Source of the DNA: the human T2T-CHM13v2.0 reference genome, Homo sapiens
Strand: one strand, 5' to 3'
Length of the DNA stretch: 64,000 nucleotides
NCBI RefSeq assembly: GCF_009914755.1
Contig: NC_060937.1
This document shows, piece after piece, positions 31,040 through 45,310 of the stretch (position 1 is its first letter; each line of letters opens with the position of its first letter). The translations under genes and the position numbers were made by a program. Below the pieces are notes generated by a model. It did no database searches, was not told where the DNA came from, and saw only the letters and a list, made by a program, of their open reading frames with translations.

Positions 31040-31111
31040 GGAAGGAAGGAAGGAAGGAAGGAAGGAAGGAAGGAAGGAAGGAAGGAAGGAAGGAAGGAAG
31101 GAAGGAAGGAA
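31040..31111 (+). repeat. perfect (GGAA)18 microsatellite
   Basis: Counted directly, 72 bp uninterrupted. Confidence 0.97.
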
Positions 31112-31547
31112 AGAAGAGAAATGATATATAATGATTAACTTTATAGGAAGGATGGAAGGAAAGAATAGAAATGATATACAATGATTAACTTTATAGAGAA
31201 AATGAATGCATCTCTGAATTAGAAAGATTTAAATATTTTAGATTAAGTGTTAGAAAAATTTACTTAGTACTTTGATATTGTCTAAATATGCAGTGAGAGT
31301 AGTTTGGATCTATGATTAGCAAAACAAATATGTTCCTGCTCATATAAAATAGCCACATAGAAGGCAAAAGAATGACATTCAATTTTCAGAAACTTTTAAA
31401 TAAAAATAGTACTCTAGTGAACCAAAAATACTTATTTACATTCAGGAAAATGGAACTCTTTATTCTTCTGAACTTCAGTTTTCCTTATGTATTTTTATTT
31501 TAAATTTACCACTAGAGTTTGGAGAGGGAATGAAACACAAGAAAGCT

Positions 31548-31589
31548 ACACACAGACACACAGACACACACACACACACACACACACAC
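31548..31589. repeat. (CA)n microsatellite
   Basis: Read directly. Confidence 0.9.
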
Positions 31590-34219
31590 ATTTCCTTCAA
31601 ACATAGATATACAATCAATTCAAATAACACATTTCTGAATGTGATTGAATATGTCTCTCAATATATTGTCTGTGTTAGTCTTTTATTTTCTTATTTTCTG
31701 AGTTGTCCCAGGATACCTATGTTCGTAAAAACAATATGCCATGGTCTTGGCTGCACTTAATGTACCTCTCTGTTTTTGTTTTACATTTATCCTTTCTATT
31801 TATTATCTCTTCTCTCCTCTCCTGAGAGATCATCTTACTAATCTACCTTCTCTATTACATACATTAATACATATATCTTGAATTTTAATTGCTCTTTCCC
31901 TTTTTCTTACTCTTATTCTCATCACTAAACTTTATAATTTGGAATAAATGAATTAAAATTTTGCGTCGCCTCAAGGCACTTTGGTTTGTGGTCCTTAGGA
32001 GTGGGAAATAGTTCTCTTCACATTGAACAATCTTAGCTACTATATGAGGCAAAGGTTAAGCAGCCACACATGAAAGAGCATTAGTATGACATATCTAATA
32101 ATTTGAAATTTCTAAGATATTTTACAAATGATAAAATGGGTTAATTCTGTTTGAATTTTATTGAGTTACAACTATATGAAAGACTTTCATTGGCAGACAT
32201 ACACAGTAAATGTTTACATTATTTTATTATTAGTTATTTCAAAAAATTGGCACAGAATTTTAACCCTAAGAACACTGTGAAAAATTATTCTGAAAACGGT
32301 GTTTTAAAGAACAATAAAACATTTCTATTTCCATATTTTATCAATAGGATATTAAAGAGCAGCAACTTTCAGCAACTACATACAAATAAACACAAATAAA
32401 TAGGAATAATACAAATAATACAAATACAAATAAGTAGGAATTACTGCTGTGTTACTTGAGAATATAACACAAATAAATGTGAATAGGCTTCATGTTATTT
32501 ATACTTTAAGATAAATGCATTACCTTTATAAATTTATAGTAACATTCATCAGAGGCCTTTAAAAGATGTATATTCAGTTAAAATTCTCTTTTCACAAATT
32601 CTTATTGTGCACTGCATCTATGTCAGATCCTCTCTTATGGCTTGAGAATCAAGAAGATTAAAATGAGAGCTTCTGTTCTCAAAAAGTTCCCATGGCTAGA
32701 AGTAATAGAAAAATGGTATTTCAAAACACAAGTTGCAAATATATTTGCATAGTATGTGTTTAAGATATTATTAGATTGCATAATGAGTTAGTAGTAAGAA
32801 TGAAGAATGGCAAGAATGGATGAGAATAAAATATATAAAAGTTACATGAAATGTTTAGGATACAGAACCAGAAATCTAGTATCATATTAAGGCATAATTT
32901 CTTGATTCTACACTCAAAGAAGCTATAAAATGAAAAAAAATGGAAATGTTATTCTTTATTTTTCAAGTAAAGTCAGTCCACATTATATTAAAATTATCAT
33001 CATGTAAACTTTGCAGTAAACTAGATAGAAAATGCAATGGGATTTGGCATTTTTGATAATTGCAGATTTGAGCAAATGTTATGCAAAAGAGAAACAGTAA
33101 TTCATACAAGTGTAAAACATAAGAAATAATGACTCAAGAATACTTAAATATAATAAACTTGAAATATTTGCATTTATTGAAATGAGATGGCAGAGTTTTA
33201 ATTGTTTATCTCAAAGCCAATCATTCTATACAAAAAGGAAGTTAAGAATAGTTTATCTTCATTGAATTTGCTTACCTCTTCCTAATTGCAAATTGAGGTT
33301 TAAAATGACAAAATTTACGTTAACATAACTTGAATTTTTCTCCAATTTTTATATATAAAATATATGGTGAACTCATAGGACTGTGCTAATTCAATACTAA
33401 CAGTTCTTTTTAAGAGAGAAAACAAAGGAAAAAATTATTCTGCATTATTTCTCAATTAGCCTATGATGCCACTTTGCACAGTGTCTTATCCATTTCAATA
33501 AAGATTTAAAAAATAACAAGAATTATCATTTTCTTAGTATTCCGCCAAGTAAAAAAACTGGGCTTACCCATAGGAAGAGCTTTTTGTTCCTAATATCCAC
33601 AAGCTTTGATAATAAGAAACATGGTACAGTTCAGAACAAAATGATCATGACTGTGGTGCACTACCTCAACCTGTTAGTGCAACAGATACTTGAAGATTCA
33701 ATAGGTTTTGTAACTACCAGGAAATACTTCAGACATTGTAAGCATTTTAGTCCTTTGAAGAAAACCCACCTAACTCTTAAGAAACAGAAAGGTTCAACAA
33801 TTTTCTGTTTACAAATTAAATGAATAAATGTTGTGATTTCTGGAATCCAGCCATGCTTGCTCTTGCTGTGAGGGGGATACTGAAAAGAAAAAAATATATT
33901 GAGAAGTTCTACATTGAAATTCATTCTAGATAATATTGTTTGGCATGCTGTGTCAGCATGAACATGTACAGATGATACAGAGAATGAGTTACTCCAAAAT
34001 AGTAGCATAATCTGAAAGTATAAGCTGATTTTAAAAGGGCTGGGTAATTTCATGGATGGTTGATCCATAACAGGCTGTCCAAAACAAGAAATCTCTTATG
34101 TGTATACTCAGCCTTTGAGGCTAACATTGTTGAAAATATTAGTGCCAAAGATAGACTCAGAGGTTACTGAAATTTGTGAAACAGTGGTCTTATCTGAGAA
34201 TATTTAAACTTACAAATAT

Positions 34220-34255
34220 AGACTTTACACTTTGAAGCAGCAAAGTGTAAAGTCT
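34220..34255. other. perfect 15-bp inverted repeat (hairpin/cruciform), 6-nt loop
   Basis: AGACTTTACACTTTG-aagcag-CAAAGTGTAAAGTCT. Confidence 0.95.
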
Positions 34256-34589
34256 GTGCATGTGTGACTATCATCTGCATAGTACTTTGAATACTGTGAT
34301 ATATTAATTTTAAATAATAGTATAGACATAAAAAGACAAATATTTGCCATGTTTTAAAAACCTACATTTTCAAGTATAAATAGTAGTACTGATGATAAAT
34401 TGCACAAGAGGGAAGTATTAAGCAAAAATATATGGTAACAGATAACTGGTTCTTCTTTATTTTGGCATCTCTCTCTCTCTCCCTCAACGCCTCTTTCTCT
34501 CTTAATGTTTAATCAGTTTATTAGGTAGAAAAAAGAAAGACTGATATGGAAAATGTCCAATGCAGCAACTTCCTGTTTATGCCTTGTGG

Positions 34590-34694
34590 TTTTTTTTTTT
34601 TTTTTTTTTTTGGATGGAGTCTCCCTCTGTTGCTCAGGCTGGAGTGCAGTGGCATGATCTTGGCTCCCTGCAATCTCCGCCTCCCAGGTTCAAG
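34590..34694 (-). mobile_element. 5'-truncated Alu (last ~83 nt of right monomer plus 22-nt tail)
   Basis: T22 GGATGGAGTCTCCCTCTGTTGCTCAGGCTGGAGTGCAGTGG...CCCAGGTTCAAG; no remaining Alu sequence on the far side of the adjacent L1. Confidence 0.9.
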
Positions 34695-34921
34695 AGTGTT
34701 TTGTTTATTTATTTTTTATTATACTTTAAGTTCTAGGGTACATGTGCACAACATGCAGGTTTGTTACATATGTATACGTGTGCCATGTTGGTGTGCTGCA
34801 TCCATTAACTCGTCATTTACATTAGGTATATCTCCTAATGCTATTGCTACCCCCTGCCCCCATTCCACAACAGGCCCCATTGTGTGATGTTCCCCTTCCT
34901 GTGTCCAAGTGTTCTCATTGT

Positions 34922-38787
<3,866 letters not shown>

Positions 38788-38850
38788 TATGATGTTAGCT
38801 GGTTATTTTGCTCATTAGTTGAGGCAGTTTCTTCCTGGCATCAATGGTCT

Positions 38851-40428
38851 TTACAATTTGGCATGTTTTTGCAGTGGCTGGTACTGTTTGTTCCTTTCCA
38901 TGTTTAGTGCTTCCTTCAGGAGCTCTTGTAAGGCAGGCCTGGTGGTGGCAAAATCTCTCAGCATTTGCTTGTCTGGAAAGGATTTTATTTCTCCTTCACT
39001 TATAAAACTTTGTTTGGCTGGATATGATATTCTGGGTTGAAACTTATTTTCTTCAGGGATCTAGTACTAGAAACACCATTTGACTCAGCCATCCCATTAC
39101 TGAGTATATACCCAAAGGAATATAAATCATGCTGCTATAAAGATACATGCACACGTATGTTTATTGCAGCACTAGTCACAATAGCAAAGACATGGAACCA
39201 ACCCAGATGTCCAACAATGATAGACTGGATTAAGAAAATGTGGCATATATACACCATGGCATACTATGCAGCTGTAAAAAAGGATAAGTTCATGTCCTTT
39301 GTAGAGACATGGATGAAGCTAGAAACCATCATTCTCAGCAAACTATCGCAAGGACAAAAAACCAAACATCTCGTGTTCTCTCTCATAGGTGGGAATTGAA
39401 CAATGAGAACACTTGGACACAGGAAGGGAAACATCACACACCGGGGCCTGTTGTGGGGTGGGGGGAAGGGGGAGGGGGAAGGGATAGCATTAGGAAATAT
39501 ACCTAATGTAAATGATGAGTTAATGGGTGCAGCACACCATCATGGCACATATATACATATGTAACAAATCTGCACGTTGTTCACGTGTACCCTAGAACTT
39601 AGAGTATAGTAAATATATATATATAAAGAATGTTGAATATTGGCCCCTATTCTCTTCTGGCTTGTAGAGTTTCTGCTGAGAGATCCGCTGTTAGTCTGAT
39701 GGGCTTCCCTTTGTGGGTAACCCGACCTTTCTCTCTGGCTGCTCTTAACATTTTTGCCTTCATTTCAACTTTAGTGAATCTGACAATTATGTGTCTTGGA
39801 GTTGCTCTTCTCAGGGAGTACCTTTGTGGCATTCTTCTTGGCCTGCCTTGCTAGGTTGGGGAAGTTCTCCTGGATAATATCCTGAAGAGTGTTTTCCAAC
39901 TTGGTTCCATTCTCCCCATCACTTTCAGCTACACCAATCAGATGTAGATTTGGTCTTTTCACATAGTCCCATATTTCTTGGAGGCTTTGTTCATTTATTT
40001 TTACTCTTTTTTTCTCTAACCTTCTCTTCTTGCTTCATTTCATTCGTTTGATCTTCAATCATGGATACCCTTTCTTCCAGTTGATCGAACCAGCTACTGA
40101 AGCTTGTGCATGCATCACGTAGTTCTCGTTCTATGGTTTTCAGCTCCATCAGGTCATTTAAGGTCTTCTCTATGCTGTTTATTCTAGTTAGCCCTTCTTC
40201 CACTCTTTTTTCAAGGTGTTTAGCTTGTTTGTGAAGGGTCTGAACATCGTCTTTTAGCTTGGAGATGTTTGTGTTTACTGATCTTCTGAAGCCTTCTTCT
40301 CTCAACTCGTCAAAGTCATTCTCCATCCAGCTTTGTTCTGTTGCTGGCAAAGAGCTATCTTCCTTTGGAGGAGAAGAGGCACTCTGATTTTTAAAATTTT
40401 CAGCTTTTCTGCTCTTGTTTCTCCCCAT
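38851..40428 (-). pseudogene. L1 ORF1 (RNA-binding protein), disrupted and interrupted by a nested L1
   Basis: MGRNKSRKAENFKNQSASSPPK..., KRPNLHLIGVAESDGENGTKLENTLQDIIQENFPNLARQA, RATPRHIIVRFTKVEMK. Confidence 0.95.
39052..39626 (+). mobile_element. 5'-truncated L1PA4/5-like 3' end nested antisense in host ORF1
   Basis: ORF 39037..39399 ends LSLIGGN-like (L1 ORF2 C-terminus); 3' UTR; short TA-rich tail; host resumes AAGAATGTTGAATATTGGCCCC. Confidence 0.93.
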
Positions 40429-40539
40429 CTTTGTGGTTTTATCTACCTTTGGTCTGTGATGATGGTGGTGTACAGATGGGGTTTTGGTGTGGATGTCCTT
40501 TCTGTTTGTTAGTTTTCCTTCTAACAGTCAGGACCCCCA

Positions 40540-41438
40540 GCTGCAGGTCTGTTGGAGTTTGCTGGAGGTCCACTCCAGACCCTGTTTGCCTAGGTATCAC
40601 CAGCGGAGGCTACAGTACCAAAAATATTGCAGAATGGCAAATGTTGCTGCCTGATCGTTCCTCTGGAAGCTTCGTCTCAGAGGGCACCCAGCAGTATGAG
40701 GTGTCAGTTGGCCCCTATTGGGAGGTGGCTCCCAGTTAGGCTACTCGGGGGTCAGGGACCCACTCAAGGAGGCAGTCTGTCTGTTCTCGGATCTCAAACT
40801 CCGTGATGGGAGAACCACTACTCTCTTCAAAGCTTTCAGACAGGTATGTTTATGTCTGCAGAAGTTTCTGCTGCCTTTTGTTCAGCTATGCCCTGCCCCC
40901 AGAGGTGGAGTCTACAGAGGCAGGCAGGCCTCCTTGAGCTGTGGTGGGCTTTGCCCAGTTCAAGCTTCCTGACTGCAAGCCTCAGCAATGGCGGGCGACC
41001 CTCCCCCAGCCTCGCTGTTGCCTTGCAGTTTGATCTCAGACTGCTGTGCTAGCAGTGAGCAAGGCTCTGTTGGCATGGGACCCTCGGAGCCAGGCGAGGG
41101 ATATAATCTCCTGGTGTGCTGTTTGCTAAGACCATTGGAAAACTGCAGTATTAGGGTAAGAGTGTCCTGATTTTCCAAAGGCCATCTGTCATGGCTTCCC
41201 TTGGCTAGGAAAGGGAATTCTCCGATCCCTTGCACTTCCCAGATGAGGCGATGTTTCGCCCTGCTTCGGCTCTGGGTCCGTGGGCTGCACCCACTGTCCT
41301 GCACCCACCGTCTGACAAGCCCCAGTGAGACGAACCCGGTAACTCATTTGGAAATGCAGAAATCACCCGTCTTCTGAGTCGCTCACTCTGGGCGCTGTAG
41401 ACTGGAGCTGTTCCTATTCGGCCATCTTGGAACCTCCC
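40540..41438. promoter_or_regulatory. L1 5' UTR with sense promoter (intact YY1 site) and antisense promoter; retains the segment deleted in younger L1PA (ZNF93 target region ~40556-40690)
   Basis: GGCCATCTTG (YY1, 41420-41429); GGAGTTTGCTGGAGGTCCACTCC...GGCACCCAG segment present. Confidence 0.7.
40988..41170 (+). CDS. ORF0: L1 ORF0 homolog (antisense ORF of the primate L1 5' UTR), 60 aa, stop shortly after the first splice donor
   Basis: MAGDPPPASLLPCSLISDCCASSEQGSVGMGPSEPGEGYNLLV closely matches L1 ORF0 (MAGAPPPASLPPCSLISDCCAS...); Kozak context GCAATGG; expression unknown. Confidence 0.6.
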   Translation: MAGDPPPASLLPCSLISDCCASSEQGSVGMGPSEPGEGYNLLVCCLLRPLENCSIRVRVS

Positions 41439-42050
41439 TTGGTGTTTGTTTTTTTACAGCTTGAGATGATCAGCACCGTTTATAGAGAAATACCACGTTC
41501 AGTTGTAACATCTCCAAACAAACAAATGGAAAATTTTCCATGTGTAATGAATTGACATTCTCAGTTTTATAATCTTTGTTTTTTATCCTGTATTGTTTTT
41601 CAGGTCTTCTCAACAGAATCCATCAAAAGCTAATCTGTTTTAAATTCTTTCAAGGAACATAATAATGTTTGAAATATTTTAAAATTAAATTTAACTTACT
41701 ATACTTTAAAAAAACACATAATCTTTATAACTCTTTCGAGGAGATTTATGGAATCAAAAAATAAGGTATGAACTCTAGCAATTTAGGAAACTTGAAAGCA
41801 ACCCTATTTTGAATCACAAAACGCAATGTATTGAATCAAAAGTGTGACTCAAAATAAGAATGGAGTTAGCACAGGAATGGAAATAGCTAAAATGAGGAAA
41901 ATATTTCTTCTTCTTTTAAAGTCTAAGTTTCAGATGTCTTATCTTCTGCAACACCAACAAAATGTAGACATTCATTAGTGTATTCATCACAAAACCAATG
42001 TATACACAATGTTACTCAAACTCAGATTTAATTTATTGGAAAAGTTTATT

Positions 42051-42835
42051 ATATTGTCCTATTTATTATTCTAAGGTCAAGTAATATCCCCTGTTTCATT
42101 CCTGATTTTAATCATTTTAGTCTTTTCTCTTGTTTTCCTTGGTCAATATAGCTTAGGTTTTGTTAGTTTTGTTGCTTTTGGTTTCACTGACTTTCTCTCA
42201 TATTTTTCTATTCTCTATTTCATTTATTTCTCCTCTGACATTTATTATTTTCTCTTTATGTTGCACTTGGGTTTTACTTTATTTTCCTTAATGTTTGGTA
42301 TGGTGGAATGTTCAGTTATTGATCTGGGGTCATCTTTTTTAAATACTGGTATTGAGAGCCTTTATTTTTATTTTGAGCATTGCTTTAGTTTTATCCCATG
42401 AGATTGGGTGTGTATTTTTGTTTTCATCAATCTCAAAAATTGTTATAATTTCCCCAGTGATTTCTTCTTTGACTCATTGGCTATTTAGGAATGTGCTGTT
42501 TAATTTTTATGTATTCGTGAACTTCACAAATTTCCTTCTGTCATTGACTTCTAATTTCATTTCATTTTAGTCAGAGAAAGTAATGTGTATGATTTTAATC
42601 TTTGTAAAATTCCTTGAGGCTTGCATAATGGCCTTATACACATTTTATCCGGGAGAATGTGCCATGTGCCCTGGACAAGAATCTTGGAGAAGAATCTGGG
42701 ATTCTTTCTACTGTTGGGTGGAGTGTTCTTTATCTGTTAGGCAGATTGTTTACAGTGTTGTTCACCTCATGTGTTTCCTTGTTGATATTCCGCCTTGTTG
42801 TTCTACTTATCATTAAAAGTGGGATTTGGCATTTT
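42051..42835 (-). mobile_element. old L1M ORF2 (EN/post-EN) fragment
   Basis: CCCCTGTTTCATTCCTGAT, TTCTTCTTTGACTCATTGGCTATTTAGG and GGAGAATGTGCCATGTGC are antisense L1M ORF2 motifs. Confidence 0.8.
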
Positions 42836-42918
42836 AAAAAAAAATAAAAAAATAAAAAAATAAAATAAAGTAAAATTAAGAATTAAAATAAAAAAAATAA
42901 TAATAAATAAAAAAAAAA
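42836..42918 (+). repeat. ~83-nt A-rich tail preceded by ATTAAA and followed by a TSD-like copy
   Basis: ATTAAA at 42812-42817; GAAAAGTTTATT (42039-42050) / GAAAAGTTTCTT (42919-42930). Confidence 0.8.
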
Positions 42919-43829
42919 GAAAAGTTTCTTCAAAGAAAGTAACTCAGCTTTTCCAAAAGTGATTTGTAGGAATTCAGATGTTTTGAAATTAGTAACAACA
43001 ATCCCTGTTTTAATATATTTAACTACCAAAGTATTCCAAATATCATATCAAACTGCCTCTATCTCTTTTTTCTCCTTGATAGATACTCTGTTTCCCATAA
43101 AACAGACTGGAAATAACTAACTAGCTGTGGACTGTCTCAGAGTCTGAGACAATTTGAATAGTTTTCCAGTTGCAGGTTCTTAAAAGTGTAAATTCATGGT
43201 TAAAACACAATAACACTACTTTAGTGAGTCATGGAAAATAATATTTTCATTTAAAAGTATAATGTACTACTTTTTGAAGATGAACATGAGCTGACTGTGC
43301 TAAGTAAATAAAAGAAGAATTTTGTAAAAATATGATTAGAAACAGTAACCATCTTTTTAACTATTAAAATATCAGAAATCTTAATATACATTTTTAGAAA
43401 AAGTTACCTTTTCAATAACAAAGAGAAAAAAGTAAATTATTTCTAACCAAATTTCTAATGTATGTAGGTATATAAACTACAATGCCATGCCTTTATGGCT
43501 TATTTTCAGAAAGTGATATGCAAGTAAAATGAAAACAAATGGAGAAATGTAGAAACACTACAGCATTATCTACTTTCCAGAATTTTAAATTATTAAGGAT
43601 ATTAATATTAATGGTAAATTCCCAAAGTGTAATTTTGTAAAGATTCAAGATTTATCATATTACTAATAAATAGTTTTAATGTTAGTCATGCATACATATT
43701 ACATTTTTTCCATATGTAGTTAATGCACAGTGGCAATAAAAAACAATTCAAATGGCCACTTAAATCATGTAAATATATTCTTGAGTATTTACAAGCAGAG
43801 AATAAGAGCTTTTATTTATCTTTTTGCCT

Positions 43830-44870
43830 TTTAGTTTTTAATAGAAGCACAAATTACATGCTGTACAGATCTTAAGCATTCCAGTTTGGTGTGTTTTGAC
43901 AATAATATAAATTTATGTAATCCATACACTGATCTAGACATAGACAATTACAATTAACCAATAAAGTTGCTGTATGCCTATCCCAAATCAATCCCTAATC
44001 TCCCCACCCAACATAGACTGTATAATGATGTAGATCTGATTCTGTTACAGAATTATCCTATCATATAGATTTTTCGATTCCAAAGTTATAAAAAATATAT
44101 GGCTTCTCTTGTGTCTGGCTCTTTTCTCTCAGCAAACTTTTGAGATTTATTCATTCATTTTGTGTATCAGAAGTTTTTTCCATTTATTTCTGAGTAATAT
44201 AACATTACAAAACATGAACCAAGAATTATTCATTCATTCATCAGTTTGACAGATATTGAGCTTATTTATGATATTTGACTTTTAGGAATAAAATCCCTAA
44301 AAACATTTGTTTACAAGTGTACAACATAGACATATGTTTTTATTTCTTCTGTATCAATGCTTAGTAATTCAGAATTGAATTTTCTTATCTTCCTTCATAA
44401 AGTATGTAAGTCTTTTATCCCTGTTTCATTCGGTTACTTATTACTTTATTATTGATTTTAGAAATTATTTGTATATTATGAATATAAATCCATTGTCATT
44501 TATGCTGTTGAAAATATTTTCTCCTAGTCAATGGCTTGCCAGTCTATTTTCTTAGCTGTATATTTTGATGAGCAGAAGTTTTTAAAATGTTATGTAGTTT
44601 ATACTTTTTTAATCATTGGTGTTTTATTTGTTCTTTATAAGAATGTTGTTTTTTGTTCCAAGGTCAAAAAGGAAAGATTTTTTATATGTTTGAAGATTTA
44701 CAGTGTCACCAATTGTATCTGAGTATATTATCCATATGTAGTTCATTTTTGTGTATTGCTTGAGGTAAAGGTTGAGGTTTATTTTTCTTCCTGTGTATAA
44801 CTAATCATCTCTTTCAGGACCATATGTGGAAAAGGCATTTCTTTCTCTATTCAATAGCTTTGTCATCTTT
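43830..44870 (-). mobile_element. old L1ME-like 3' UTR/ORF2 end
   Basis: GTACAGATCTTAAG..CAGTTTGGTGTGTTTTGACAA, TTTTGATGAGCAGAAGTTTTTAA, CCAAGGTCAAAAAG. Confidence 0.7.
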
Positions 44871-45199
44871 ATTTTTCAAAAATAAATAAATAAGACATTT
44901 ATTTAACCTCAACATCACAATTTGTACTTCTCAATCTCTATTCATTATCTTACCTACATGTTTTATATTTCTATTTTCTTTCTTTTTTTGTCTTCTTTTT
45001 CTATTAAACTTATATTTTAACTTCCAAAGCAAGAGCCAATTCTAAAACACAAAGATTCCTGGAAATTCTACGCACCTGGAAAATAAGAATGATAATCAAG
45101 ACACTTGTGGTGAATATATGGTATTTAAAAATCATAGCAACCACTTTAATTCTCTATGTGTTATATAAAAGGAATATTGAACAATTTTTATGCTCCATT

Positions 45200-45310
45200 A
45201 TTTAATATTTTGACACACTTATTTCAGAAACTGTTCGAAACAACCCTGTAGGTTACAAATAATTTTTACAGATAAGAAATATGAAATTCAGAAGGTTCAG
45301 TAATCAGCTT
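45200..45310 (-). mobile_element. MIR fragment
   Basis: AACAACCCTGTAGG..TTTTACAGATAAGAAAT..TCAGAAGGTTCAGTAA. Confidence 0.6.

Noticed and set aside
33584-34068. 135-aa and 79-aa ORFs in unique DNA
   Set aside because: Composition typical of AT-rich non-coding frames; no domain recognised
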